A DNA stretch of 64,000 bases, taken from assembly GCA_003209955.1 (NCBI GenBank), contig QCOD01000006.1, positions 15,167-79,166 on the forward strand, read 5' to 3'. The stretch comes from OCS116 cluster bacterium AG-430-B22. Its GTDB lineage: Bacteria > Pseudomonadota > Alphaproteobacteria > MED-G09. The notes beneath the pieces are model-generated. The model was not told where the DNA came from. It searched no databases and saw nothing but the letters and a program-made list of their open reading frames with translations. The translations under genes were made by a program, and so were the position numbers. Shown here one piece after another: positions 33,169 through 43,606 of this stretch; the stretch's first letter is position 1, and every line of letters starts with the position of its first letter.

Positions 33169-34245
33169 TTATTCTTCAACAAAACCCTTGAAAACCTTCA
33201 AATATTCAATAAATTTCTCACTTAATCCTTCTTTTCTTAAATGTTCTTTAGGTGAGGGCGTATCAATAGGAATAAAATCCTTATTCTCTAATACTTTATT
33301 TGGAAAATCATGATGTAAAATGGCTGCTCTTCCTATAGTAACAAAATCTACATCAGATGAAATTATTTTATCAACATCTTCTCCAGTTCTTATATTACCA
33401 GCAACAGTCAGAAGAACTCCTTTTCTATTTAATTCAGTAAAATGTTGTAAAAGGGTTTTACCTTTGTGCTCTTCTTCAACAGGATCTTTAAATGAATCCC
33501 ATAAAGAGATATCTAAAAAATCAATTTTTCCATCATCTATTAATTTTTGACATAGTTTTTTACTTTCAGCTAACTTAATTCCAAATCTTTCAGCAGATAG
33601 CCTTATTCCAAGAAGAAAATCTTTCCCACATTCTGATCTTATACCATTAATAATTTCAAAAATTATTCTTGATCTATTTTCCAGTGAACCACCATACTCA
33701 TCTTCTCTTTTATTAATTGATGAGCTTAAAAATTGACATAAAATATATCCATGCGCACCATGTAACTCTACACCATCATATCCAGATTTTTTTGCTCTTA
33801 CTGCTGCATTTATAAAATCATCTCTTAGATAATTAACTTCTTCATTAGATAACGATCTTGATTTAGTTTCTTCATCTGCTGAAGGGCAAACAGGTTTCTC
33901 ACCAATAATATCTTCGGGAGATCTCATGCCTGCATGATGAAGTTGAGCTACAGATAGACTTTCATATTTTCTTATTTCATCAGTAAGTCTTTTTAGGCCA
34001 TCTATATGTTTATCATCAAATATTCCTAACTGACCTGGAAAACCTTTACCTATCTCTTGAACATGTGAAGCACAAGACATAGTAATACCAAAATTACCTT
34101 TTGCTCTGAGTGTTAGCCATGTAAATTCGTCATCTGATAATTTTCCGTCTTCGAAACTTTGTGTGTTTGTTAATGGTGCTAACATAAATCTGTTTTTCAT
34201 ACTCAATCCGCAGGGAAAAACAATATTATTATTTAATTTATTCAT
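33169..34245 (-). CDS. NADH:flavin oxidoreductase / old yellow enzyme family
   Basis: NRFMLAPL, QLHHAG, GVELHGAHGY, DEYGGSLENR. Confidence 0.95.
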   Translation of the reverse strand: MNKLNNNIVFPCGLSMKNRFMLAPLTNTQSFEDGKLSDDEFTWLTLRAKGNFGITMSCASHVQEIGKGFPGQLGIFDDKHIDGLKRLTDEIRKYESLSVAQLHHAGMRSPEDIIGEKPVCPSADEETKSRSLSNEEVNYLRDDFINAAVRAKKSGYDGVELHGAHGYILCQFLSSSINKREDEYGGSLENRSRIIFEIINGIRSECGKDFLLGIRLSAERFGIKLAESKKLCQKLIDDGKIDFLDISLWDSFKDPVEEEHKGKTLLQHFTELNRKGVLLTVAGNIRTGEDVDKIISSDVDFVTIGRAAILHHDFPNKVLENKDFIPIDTPSPKEHLRKEGLSEKFIEYLKVFKGFVEE

Positions 34246-34263
34246 ATTATAGAGTCCTAAAAA

Positions 34264-34337
34264 TGGAGGCCACGATCAGATTCGAACTGATGTCCACGGC
34301 TTTGCAGGCCGCTGCGTAACCACTCCGCCACGTGGCC
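34264..34337 (-). tRNA. tRNA-Cys(GCA)
   Basis: Reverse complement GGCCACG-TGGCGGAGTGGTTACGC-AGCGGC CT GCA AA GCCGT-...GTTCGAAT...CGTGGCCTCCA; 74 nt. Confidence 0.97.
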
Positions 34338-34441
34338 TCGTTTGTGGTATATGTATAATTATCATTTGAATGTTCATATTTGAAGTAAAAATAAGGCGAA
34401 TTAGAAATTCTCTTTACTTTATTATGTAATTATTTATAAAG

Positions 34442-34457
34442 ATGACGCATGCGTCAT
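34442..34457. promoter_or_regulatory. perfect 16-bp palindrome ATGACGCATGCGTCAT, candidate operator
   Basis: Self-complementary, GC-rich in an AT-rich intergenic region, between a -10-like TATAAA and the tolC SD. Confidence 0.55.
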
Positions 34458-34473
34458 TTTTAAGGTGTTACAA

Positions 34474-35838
34474 ATGAATAAATATATATTATTAGGTTTA
34501 ATAGTTATTTTAGGCTTGAGCATTAATACTAAAGCAGAAACATTATCATCTGCTCTATCAAAAGCTTACATTAATAATCCTATAATTAACTCTAAAAGAG
34601 CAGAATTAAGATCTTTAGACGAAAATGTTAGTGCTGCTTCTTCACAATTTTTTCCAAGCATTGAAGTTATTGGAAGTTATAGTGAAAATACACTTGAATA
34701 TGGTGAATTAAATAAAATTAAAACTAACCCTTTAGCAGGTTCACTTCTTATTAATCAAAAATTATTTTCAGGTGGTAAATTAATTAATGATAGATTAAGT
34801 GCAATTAATCTTGTTGCTGCAGGAAGACAAAGCCTTAGAGATTCAGAGCAAAGTATTTTATTTGAAGCTGCTCAAGCTTATTTTAATTATTTGAAAACTG
34901 AACAAATTATTAAATTACAAAGTAATAACTTTGAAGTACTGAGTGAACGACTAGAGGCTACAAAAATACAATTTGAAGTTGGCGAATTAACATTAACTGA
35001 TGTTGCGCAAGCAGAAGCAAGGCTATCTCAAGCACAATCAAATTTAGCTGACGCTAGAAGTTTGTTAAAGGCTAGGGAAGCGGATTACAGATCAATAATT
35101 GGGTTAAACCCTGATAACCTTCAAGAATGGAATAAAGAATTTGATCTACCGCAAAATGAAAATGAAGCAATTTCGACAGCTTTAAAAAATAACCCGCAAT
35201 TGAAATATTATGAACGTATTGAAAAATCATCTGGCTACAATGTTTCATCTCAAAAAAGTATGCTTTCACCTCAATTATCATTAAGAGGAGAATATATTTA
35301 TGCTGAAGACCAATCTTTTCTTATGTCTGATGATATTGATCAATATCAAATTACAGGGCAAGTAAAAATACCTATTTTCTATGGCGGATTGAATTGGTCA
35401 AATATAAGGAAGGCGCAGGAAATTAATTCAAGAGATAAATATTTAATCATTGATGGAAAAAGAAAGATCAGAGGTTTTGTAAAAAAATCTTTTGCTGAAT
35501 ATAATGCTTCAAAAATTAGAATTTCAGCTACCGAGAAACAAGCACAAGCAACTGATATTGCGCTCGAAGGTGTTAAGCAGGAATTTCAATTAGGAACAAG
35601 AACAACTTTAGATATACTCGATGCTGAGCAAGAATACTTAGATGCTAGAGTTTCATTAGTAACTGCAAAAAATGATTCAAATATATCTTTTTTTCGATTG
35701 TCTTATTATTTAGGAACATTAACTCCAGAAAATCTTAATATGAGCATAATAAAATATGATCCAAATAAAAATTATAAAAGAGTTAAGACAATTAAAATTG
35801 GTCCTAATAGAATTAAAGTTATAGGAAATGTTGATTGA
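34474..35838 (+). CDS. tolC: TolC family outer membrane protein
   Basis: Signal peptide, FEVGELTLTDVAQAEAR, GTRTTLDILDAEQE; tolC-popZ-valS synteny. Confidence 0.92.
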   Translation: MNKYILLGLIVILGLSINTKAETLSSALSKAYINNPIINSKRAELRSLDENVSAASSQFFPSIEVIGSYSENTLEYGELNKIKTNPLAGSLLINQKLFSGGKLINDRLSAINLVAAGRQSLRDSEQSILFEAAQAYFNYLKTEQIIKLQSNNFEVLSERLEATKIQFEVGELTLTDVAQAEARLSQAQSNLADARSLLKAREADYRSIIGLNPDNLQEWNKEFDLPQNENEAISTALKNNPQLKYYERIEKSSGYNVSSQKSMLSPQLSLRGEYIYAEDQSFLMSDDIDQYQITGQVKIPIFYGGLNWSNIRKAQEINSRDKYLIIDGKRKIRGFVKKSFAEYNASKIRISATEKQAQATDIALEGVKQEFQLGTRTTLDILDAEQEYLDARVSLVTAKNDSNISFFRLSYYLGTLTPENLNMSIIKYDPNKNYKRVKTIKIGPNRIKVIGNVD

Positions 35839-35868
35839 TATCATCAATCTATCCTATAAGATATGTTT

Positions 35869-36228
35869 ATGAGCCAAGATAACGAAAAAGATGAACCATC
35901 AGTAGATGAAATATTGTCATCTATTAAAGATGTTATTGCTAGCGACAAAGACATATCGAATAACGAAGAAGATAATGATATCATTGATGATAATGTGTTT
36001 GAACTTACAGATATTATTGATGATACAGAGGTTGAAGAAGATAAAAATATTCAAGATAATAATGATACTATCGCCGATATATTTGAAGGTGGAGACATAT
36101 CTATAGATAATGTTATTAGGGAAGCTGTAAAAGAGTCTATCGAGGATTGGTTTTCAAGAAATCTAAGACCAATTGTAGAAGAATCTGTTAAACAAGAAAT
36201 ATCAAAACTATTTAAAAAACGTAATTAA
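35869..36228 (+). CDS. popZ: polar organizing protein PopZ (DUF2497), short form
   Basis: N-terminal EPSVDEILSSIK helix, acidic linker with FELT, C-terminal WFSRNLRPIVEESVKQEI; between tolC and valS. Confidence 0.85.
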   Translation: MSQDNEKDEPSVDEILSSIKDVIASDKDISNNEEDNDIIDDNVFELTDIIDDTEVEEDKNIQDNNDTIADIFEGGDISIDNVIREAVKESIEDWFSRNLRPIVEESVKQEISKLFKKRN

Positions 36229-36229
36229 A

Positions 36230-38872
36230 ATGCTTAATAAGAGTTATGATCCTAAAGAAGCGGAAGCTAGGCTGTATAATTATTGGGAAACTGAGGGTTA
36301 TTTTAAATGTGGATTAACGAATAACCATCCTTTTTCAATAGTAATTCCTCCACCCAATGTCACTGGTAGTTTACATATGGGCCATGCATTAAATAATACA
36401 CTTCAAGATATAATTGTTAGATACAAAAGAATGCTAGGTGAGGATGTTTTATGGCAAACTGGTACTGATCATGCAGGAATTGCAACTCAAATGGTTGTTG
36501 AAAGAAAGCTTGATTCTGAAAATAAGCCTTCAAGGATTGAACTAGGGAGGGATAAATTTATTGATGAAATCTGGAAATGGAAAGAAGAATCTGGAAGCAT
36601 AATTACTAATCAATTAAGAAGGCTAGGCGCATCATGTGATTGGAGTAGAGAACGCTTTACTATGGATGAAGGTCTCAGTCTTGCGGTCAATAAAGTATTT
36701 GTAGATTTATATCATGAAGGATTAATTTATAAAGATAAAAGGCTTGTTAACTGGGATCCGCAGTTAAGAACAGCTATATCTGACTTAGAAGTTGTTCAAA
36801 AAGAAGTTGATGGTTATCTATGGTATATAAATTACCCAATCAAAGACTCTAAGGAAAAAATTACTATTGCAACCACAAGACCAGAAACAATGTTTGGTGA
36901 TACAGCAATAGCGGTTCATCCAAGCGATAATAGATATGCAGATCTTATTGGAAAAGAGGTTATTATTCCTATTATTGGTAGATCTATAAAAATTATAACT
37001 GATGAATATGCTGATCCCGAGCAAGGTAGTGGGGCTGTAAAGATTACACCTGCACATGATTTTAATGATTTCGAAGTTGGAAAAAGAAATAATTTAGAAA
37101 TGTTATCTATCTTAGATATAGATGGTAAATTAAATGAAAATGTAGATAAAGAATGGCAAGGTCTTGATAGATTTGAAGCACGATCTAAATTATTGAAAAT
37201 GCTCTCTAAAGAGGGTTATTTAGAAAAAGAAGAGAAATATAATAATTCAGTTCCACATGGTGATAGATCTGATGTTGTTATTGAGCCTTATTTAACAGAG
37301 CAATGGTATGTAGATGCAAAAACATTAGCTAAACCAGCTCTAGATTCTGTTAAATCAGGTGATATGAAATTTATTCCATCTAATTGGTCAAAAACTTATT
37401 ATGAGTGGTTAGAAAATATTCAGCCTTGGTGCATTTCTCGCCAGTTATGGTGGGGACACAGAATACCTGCATGGTATACAAAAGATGGAAAAATAATTGT
37501 TGCTCATAATGAGAAAGAAGCTTTTACGATTGCAGAAAAAGAATTTGGTAAAGATATAGAAATTTATCAAGACGAGGATGTCCTTGATACTTGGTTTTCT
37601 TCTGCACTGTGGCCTTTTTCAACTTTAGGTTGGCCAGAGGAAACCTTGGAAATTGAAAAATACTATCCTACAAATCTTCTTGTAACAGGATTTGATATAA
37701 TATTTTTTTGGGTGGCCCGTATGATGATGATGGGGATTCATTTTATGGGAAAAAGACCTTTTTCTGAAGTGTATATCCATGCCTTAGTAAGAGATGAAAA
37801 GGGTCAAAAAATGTCGAAATCAAAAGGCAATATTGTTGATCCCTTAGATCTTATAGATAAGTATGGAGCTGACTCACTTCGCTTTACTCTTACAGCAATG
37901 GCAGCACAAGGAAGAGATGTAAAGTTATCTGAATCTAGAGTTCAGGGTTACAGAAATTTTGGTACTAAAATTTGGAATGCATCAAGATTTTGTGAAATGA
38001 ACGATATTAATAATTTCAACAGTTTTGATAATAATTCCCTTGAGTACCCACTAAATATATGGATATTAAATGAATTTGTTGAGATGCAATCTCAATTAGA
38101 AAAAAATTTAACAGAATATCGATTTAATGATGCTGCAAATATTATATACCAATTTATCTGGAGAACATTTTGTGATTGGTATATAGAGTTAATTAAACCT
38201 CATCTTTCAGAAGAAGATGATAAATACGCTAATGAAATTAAAGAGACATGTTCATTTATATTGGACTCAATACTAATCTCATTACATCCATTTATGCCAT
38301 TCATTACCGAAGAAATATGGCAAAATCTTAAGAAGAGAGATAATCCATTGATTATTCAAAAATGGAGAGAGATATCCTTAGCTGATGATCACAATAATTT
38401 AAGTGATGAAATAAATGAGTTAATAGAAATAATTTCAAATATCAGATCTATAAGAGTTGAATTAAATATAAAACCAAAAGAAAAGCTCGCAATAGAAGTT
38501 ATGAATAACTCAGAGGCATTAAAAATAAATAATTTTGAGTTTTATTTATCAAAAATTGCAAATATTTCAGATATTAGTGCAGTTTCAGATTTTTCTGATA
38601 AATCAGCTAAATTTAATGTAAATAATTCTCGATTCTCTTTACTTATTCCTACTAGTATTGATCTTACAGCTGAACTCAGCAGGGTAATCAAAGAAGAAGA
38701 GAAGCTTGATAGAGAAATAAATTCAATATCAAATCGTCTTAAAAATAAGGATTTCATTGCCAAAGCACCGCAAAAAGTTGTTGAAGAAAATAAAATTAAA
38801 ATAGAAGATATGATGCAGAGTAAAGAAAGACTATCATCGTCACAGGAGCTTATTAAGAGGCTTATAAAATAA
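36230..38872 (+). CDS. valS: valyl-tRNA synthetase
   Basis: PPPNVTGSLHMGH, KMSKS, C-terminal coiled coil. Confidence 0.99.
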   Translation: MLNKSYDPKEAEARLYNYWETEGYFKCGLTNNHPFSIVIPPPNVTGSLHMGHALNNTLQDIIVRYKRMLGEDVLWQTGTDHAGIATQMVVERKLDSENKPSRIELGRDKFIDEIWKWKEESGSIITNQLRRLGASCDWSRERFTMDEGLSLAVNKVFVDLYHEGLIYKDKRLVNWDPQLRTAISDLEVVQKEVDGYLWYINYPIKDSKEKITIATTRPETMFGDTAIAVHPSDNRYADLIGKEVIIPIIGRSIKIITDEYADPEQGSGAVKITPAHDFNDFEVGKRNNLEMLSILDIDGKLNENVDKEWQGLDRFEARSKLLKMLSKEGYLEKEEKYNNSVPHGDRSDVVIEPYLTEQWYVDAKTLAKPALDSVKSGDMKFIPSNWSKTYYEWLENIQPWCISRQLWWGHRIPAWYTKDGKIIVAHNEKEAFTIAEKEFGKDIEIYQDEDVLDTWFSSALWPFSTLGWPEETLEIEKYYPTNLLVTGFDIIFFWVARMMMMGIHFMGKRPFSEVYIHALVRDEKGQKMSKSKGNIVDPLDLIDKYGADSLRFTLTAMAAQGRDVKLSESRVQGYRNFGTKIWNASRFCEMNDINNFNSFDNNSLEYPLNIWILNEFVEMQSQLEKNLTEYRFNDAANIIYQFIWRTFCDWYIELIKPHLSEEDDKYANEIKETCSFILDSILISLHPFMPFITEEIWQNLKKRDNPLIIQKWREISLADDHNNLSDEINELIEIISNIRSIRVELNIKPKEKLAIEVMNNSEALKINNFEFYLSKIANISDISAVSDFSDKSAKFNVNNSRFSLLIPTSIDLTAELSRVIKEEEKLDREINSISNRLKNKDFIAKAPQKVVEENKIKIEDMMQSKERLSSSQELIKRLIK

Positions 38873-38874
38873 TA

Positions 38875-39666
38875 ATGATTAATGATATAAAAATAAAAAA
38901 AAGGGAAAATTGTCCTTTATGTAATGCCGAAAATAGTGAAATTAGTATTTTAATGCATGAAAACTGGGAATTAGTAGAATGTTCTGAATGTTCTTTTGTT
39001 TATATGCCTGAAGTTCCAGTTTACGAAATGATGAAAGAAGAATTTGCCTGGGAAAAAAACTTTAGTCCCTCAAAAGATATAAAGTTATCAAAAAAAATAA
39101 GAAGATCTATTAAAGGTTTAATAAAAAGAAATAAATTATTGTTTTTATTAGATAAATATATAAAAGAAGGCCAAATTCTTGATATTGGATGCGGTTCAGG
39201 TATTAAATTTGACGATATTCCTCAAAAATTTATTCCATTTGGAATAGATATATCAGAAAAATCAGCCTTTGAGGCAAAAACCAACTTTGAAAAAAGGGGG
39301 GGAACAGCTATATGTGCCCCTGCCACTGATGTTTTAAAAGAATATGGTAAGAATAAATTCAAGGGCGCAATCTTAAGGTCATATTTAGAGCATGAACATC
39401 ACCCATTTGAAGTTCTAGATGAACTTAAGGAAACATTAACTAATGATGGAAGTATAATAATAAAAGTTCCAAATTATGCCTCAGTCAATAGAAGTTTAAG
39501 AGGAAAAAATTGGTGCGGTTATAGATTTCCTGATCATGTAAACCAATTTACACCATTTACTTTGACGAAGATGGTAAAAAAAGCAGGATACAAAATTATA
39601 AAGTTTAATTATTTAGATAAACAGATTACAAGTGATAACATGTGGATGGTAGCGCAACCAATTTAA
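38875..39666 (+). CDS. class I SAM-dependent methyltransferase with N-terminal Zn ribbon
   Basis: [26 protein letters not shown]. Confidence 0.85.
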   Translation: MINDIKIKKRENCPLCNAENSEISILMHENWELVECSECSFVYMPEVPVYEMMKEEFAWEKNFSPSKDIKLSKKIRRSIKGLIKRNKLLFLLDKYIKEGQILDIGCGSGIKFDDIPQKFIPFGIDISEKSAFEAKTNFEKRGGTAICAPATDVLKEYGKNKFKGAILRSYLEHEHHPFEVLDELKETLTNDGSIIIKVPNYASVNRSLRGKNWCGYRFPDHVNQFTPFTLTKMVKKAGYKIIKFNYLDKQITSDNMWMVAQPI

Positions 39667-39676
39667 GATTATTAAA

Positions 39677-41401
39677 ATGAAAAAAAGAAATTTTGACCAT
39701 AGTAAATTACCAAGTAGGCATGTCAGAGTAGGCTCTGAAAAAGCCCCTCATAGATCCTATTATTATGCAATGGGTTTGGATGAGGATGACATAGATAAAC
39801 CTTTTATAGGTGTTGCGACATGTTGGAATGAATCAGCTCCTTGTAACATTTCCCTAATGAGGCAATCTAAGAGTGTTAAAGAAGGTGTTTCAAAAGAGGG
39901 TGGAACCCCAAGGGAATTTACAACTATTACTGTAACTGATGGAATTGCTATGGGACACCAAGGAATGAAGTCTTCTTTAGTAAGTAGAGAGATAATTTCT
40001 GACTCAATAGAGGTATCCATGAGAGGTCATTGTTATGATGCTTTAGTTGGAGTAGCAGGTTGTGATAAATCCCTACCTGGCATGATGATGGCAATGTTAA
40101 GATTAAATGTTCCATCAGTATTTATATATGGAGGTTCTATCCTTCCAGGAAGCTATAAAGGAAAAGATGTAACAGTTGTTGATGTATTTGAAGCAGTAGG
40201 CGAATTTTCTGCAGGTAAAATTAGTGAGGAAGATTTGTATGAGTTAGAATGTGTGGCATGTCCAAGTGCAGGATCATGTGGAGGCCAATTTACTGCAAAT
40301 ACAATGGCATGTGTTTCTGAAGCAATAGGCCTAGCATTACCTTACTCAGCTGGACCTCCTGCGCCAGATGAAAGTAGAGATAAATATGCTTTTGATTCTG
40401 GAAAATCTGTCATGGATTTACTAGAAAATAATATTAGACCTCGAGATATTGTTACAAGAGAGTCATTTATAAATGCGGCAGTAGTCGTTGCGGCTACAGG
40501 AGGATCAACAAATGGAGCATTGCATTTACCAGCAATGGCTAATGAAATCGGTATAGATTTTGATTTATTTGATGTAGCTGATATTTTTAAATCTACTCCA
40601 TATATTGCAGATTTAAAGCCCGGTGGTAATTATGTTGCAAAAGATATGCATGAAGCAGGAGGAGTTCCTATGCTATTAAGAACGCTCTTAGATGAAGGTT
40701 TTATAAATGGTGATTGTCTTACGGTAACCGGTAAATCAATTGCAGAAAATATATCAGAGGTAACATTTAATAGTGCTCAAAAAGTAATTTATCCAGCAAA
40801 TAAACCTATTACAAAAACAGGTGGTGTAGTTGGATTGAAAGGTAATTTTGCTCCTGACGGCGCAATCGTTAAAGTAGCTGGAATGGATAATTTAAAATTT
40901 ACAGGTCCTGCAAGATGTTTTGACTGTGAAGAAGATGCTTTTATTGCTGTAGAAAACAAAAATTATAACGACGGTGATGTAATTGTTATACGTTATGAAG
41001 GTCCAAAAGGAGGCCCTGGAATGCGAGAAATGTTATCAACTACTGCAGCTCTTTATGGACAAGGAAAAGGAGATAAGGTTGCATTAGTTACCGATGGAAG
41101 ATTTTCAGGCGGCACTAGAGGATTTTGCATAGGTCATGTTGGCCCCGAAGCTGCTGATGGCGGACCGATAGCTCTCATAAAAGATGGAGATTTAATATCA
41201 ATAGATGCCGACGCAGGAACTATAGAAGTTGATATAACTAAAGAAGAATTATCAAAAAGAGAAAAACAATGGGTTAAACCGAAAACAGACTATAATTCTG
41301 GCACATTATGGAAATACTCTCGTCAAGTAGGACCAGCTAGATATGGTGCGGTAACGCATCCAGGTGCTAAAGAAGAAACCCATTGCTACGCTGATATATA
41401 A
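39677..41401 (+). CDS. ilvD: dihydroxy-acid dehydratase
   Basis: [37 protein letters not shown]. Confidence 0.98.
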   Translation: MKKRNFDHSKLPSRHVRVGSEKAPHRSYYYAMGLDEDDIDKPFIGVATCWNESAPCNISLMRQSKSVKEGVSKEGGTPREFTTITVTDGIAMGHQGMKSSLVSREIISDSIEVSMRGHCYDALVGVAGCDKSLPGMMMAMLRLNVPSVFIYGGSILPGSYKGKDVTVVDVFEAVGEFSAGKISEEDLYELECVACPSAGSCGGQFTANTMACVSEAIGLALPYSAGPPAPDESRDKYAFDSGKSVMDLLENNIRPRDIVTRESFINAAVVVAATGGSTNGALHLPAMANEIGIDFDLFDVADIFKSTPYIADLKPGGNYVAKDMHEAGGVPMLLRTLLDEGFINGDCLTVTGKSIAENISEVTFNSAQKVIYPANKPITKTGGVVGLKGNFAPDGAIVKVAGMDNLKFTGPARCFDCEEDAFIAVENKNYNDGDVIVIRYEGPKGGPGMREMLSTTAALYGQGKGDKVALVTDGRFSGGTRGFCIGHVGPEAADGGPIALIKDGDLISIDADAGTIEVDITKEELSKREKQWVKPKTDYNSGTLWKYSRQVGPARYGAVTHPGAKEETHCYADI

Positions 41402-41403
41402 AC

Positions 41404-42183
41404 TTAAAGATCGATTTCAGCAATTATTGGAACATGATCTGAGGGTTTATTCTTATCTCTTTCTCCTTTATCAATAACTATATTGCTAATTTGATCAGCT
41501 GCGAGAGGTGATGCCAAAATATGATCTATTCTAATTCCCTCGTTTTTTTGCCATGCTCCTCTTTGATAATCCCAAAAAGTAAAGTCTTTTGCTAGAGGAT
41601 TATATGCTCGATACATATCATTTAAACCTAAGGAAACAATTTCTCTAAATTCTTTTCTCGTTTCAATAGTAAATAGCGCATCATCTATCCATTTATCAGC
41701 ATCATAAGCATCAATATTTTCAGGAATAACATTAAAGTCACCAAGCAAAATAAATGACTCATCTTTAATATTTAGTGAAATTAAGTGTTCTTTTAAGGCT
41801 TTCATCCAATTTAATTTGTAATCAAATTTATCGCCAGGGTAAGGATTTCCATTAGGTAAATAAATATTTGATATACGAATTACTTTTGAATTTACAGAAT
41901 GAACAGTCTCAATATATCTTGCCTGGTCATCATCAAAATTTGGTATTTCTGTTATGCTTTCTTCAATTAAAAATTTTGATAATGTAGCTACTCCATTATA
42001 ACTTTTTTGACCATTAATTATTAAGTTATAGCCCAAATCTTCAAAAGGTTCTCTTGGAAAGCCATTCGTAACAACTTTTATTTCTTGAAGACATAAAATA
42101 TCTGGATTTTCTTTTTTAATCCATTCGAGGATATTATCAATCCTTGTTCTAACTGAATTTACATTCCATGAAGCAATCTTCAT
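41404..42183 (-). CDS. xth: exodeoxyribonuclease III
   Basis: MKIASWNVNS, LQEIK, GDFN, RIDH, SDHVP; start ATG 42183 (TAATG coupling). Confidence 0.97.
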   Translation of the reverse strand: MKIASWNVNSVRTRIDNILEWIKKENPDILCLQEIKVVTNGFPREPFEDLGYNLIINGQKSYNGVATLSKFLIEESITEIPNFDDDQARYIETVHSVNSKVIRISNIYLPNGNPYPGDKFDYKLNWMKALKEHLISLNIKDESFILLGDFNVIPENIDAYDADKWIDDALFTIETRKEFREIVSLGLNDMYRAYNPLAKDFTFWDYQRGAWQKNEGIRIDHILASPLAADQISNIVIDKGERDKNKPSDHVPIIAEIDL

Positions 42184-42518
42184 TAAACTGAAAAAGAAGT
42201 TCCACAGCCGCATGATGATGTGGCATTCGGATTATTAATTTTAAAAGATTTTCCAATGAGCTCATCAGCAAATTCTATTGTTGAGCCATCTAGATAAGGA
42301 ATAAAAGCTCTGTTTATTAAAACTTTAATATTATCTTTTGATAAAACTATATCATCGTCATTGATTTTGGTATCTAAATCGATTTTATATGAAAACCCAG
42401 CGCAACCACCTCCAAGAATTTCAATTCTTAGATACATATTCGCTTTCTCATTTTTAACAATTTTTTCAATTTGCTTAGCAGCACTATCAAGTATTTCAAA
42501 GTTAATTTCTTTTACCAT
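42183..42518 (-). CDS. erpA: A-type Fe-S carrier protein (ErpA/IscA, HesB family)
   Basis: GGGCAGFSY, NPNATSSCGCGTSF. Confidence 0.9.
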   Translation of the reverse strand: MVKEINFEILDSAAKQIEKIVKNEKANMYLRIEILGGGCAGFSYKIDLDTKINDDDIVLSKDNIKVLINRAFIPYLDGSTIEFADELIGKSFKINNPNATSSCGCGTSFSV

Positions 42519-42967
42519 TAATTTCCAGGTAAATTACCTGCTCCTAATCTTCCTAAGTTACCAAACAATTGCTGGAGAATAGTAAGCTCTCTTCCCCTTG
42601 TTGGCGTAGAATTCGTATTAAAGGCAATTATATTTCCATCTTTTAGCCCATATTCTTCTAGAGATGTAACCCTGCTATCATCATTAAAACCAACCGTTAT
42701 TATCCTTCTTTGCGAAACACTTGGTTGATAAAATGCAGTAGTTTCCGCTTTACTATAAATATAGTACCAAGTCTTTGCATCAATAGTAGATGTTGTTGAT
42801 GGTGTTCCTAGTATATTTAAAACTTGCCCAGCATTTGTTTTACCCACCTCTATTTGCGAGATAAGCTTGTTATCAAACACATAACCCCTGTTTTCTACAA
42901 TTGGTGAACAATTGATTACTGTAAAACAAAGAGAAACAAATATAAATTTTTCAAAAATTAATTTCAT
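42518..42967 (-). CDS. bamE: outer membrane protein assembly lipoprotein BamE
   Basis: Lipoprotein Cys, NRGY, LGTPS, WYY, TPTRGRELTILQQLFGNLG. Confidence 0.92.
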   Translation of the reverse strand: MKLIFEKFIFVSLCFTVINCSPIVENRGYVFDNKLISQIEVGKTNAGQVLNILGTPSTTSTIDAKTWYYIYSKAETTAFYQPSVSQRRIITVGFNDDSRVTSLEEYGLKDGNIIAFNTNSTPTRGRELTILQQLFGNLGRLGAGNLPGN

Positions 42968-43043
42968 ATCTATATATTTACATTAAAATAAACATTATTA
43001 GAAATGGTCTTTTATTACAACTATGTCAATATTTCAAAATTAA

Positions 43044-43586
43044 ATGTTTAAAAAAATTAAAAATCTATTTTCTTACAAAAAGGTAAACTATAAAGAATAT
43101 AGTTTACCCCATGAAGTGCTTTATAAGAAAATACTTGTTCAGTCATATAATGATTGGTTTTTCAAAGACTTGGAAGTTAAAAATGATATTAATGGAAGGT
43201 TTGAGATTATCATTTTGCATATTTTTATTATTTTTAATTCTTTAAAACAAAACAATAGTGAAAATAAGTTATTTAAACAGAATTTATTAGAAACATTTAT
43301 AGACGAACTGGAGTCAACATACAGAGAATTGGGAATCAGTGACAATACTTTTTCTAAAAAAATGAAAATTGCAGCTAAATCAATGTATGGAAGATTAAGT
43401 ATTTATTCAGATACAATTAATGACAGCAAATCTTTTGACGAGGCTCTTCTTAGAAATATCTGGCCTCTTGATAAAGAGTTAACTAATAAAGTTCATAAAT
43501 TAAGCGAATATGTTTATAAAAAAATGCATAAGTATAATAATAAATCTTATAGAGAGATAATTGAAGAATCAAAAAGGGAGTTTTAA
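43044..43586 (+). CDS. ubiquinol-cytochrome c chaperone (CBP3/UQCC1 family)
   Basis: GRFEIIILH, YRELGISD, YGRL..Y, ALLRN; divergent from bamE. Confidence 0.85.
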   Translation: MFKKIKNLFSYKKVNYKEYSLPHEVLYKKILVQSYNDWFFKDLEVKNDINGRFEIIILHIFIIFNSLKQNNSENKLFKQNLLETFIDELESTYRELGISDNTFSKKMKIAAKSMYGRLSIYSDTINDSKSFDEALLRNIWPLDKELTNKVHKLSEYVYKKMHKYNNKSYREIIEESKREF

Positions 43587-43606
43587 TTCTTTAAAATTAA
43601 TAAAGC

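Noticed and set aside
35833-35849. Inverted repeat GATTGAT-ATC-ATCAATC before popZ resembling an FNR box
   Set aside because: Spacer is 3 nt rather than the required TTGAT-N4-ATCAA; AT-rich and overlaps the tolC stop
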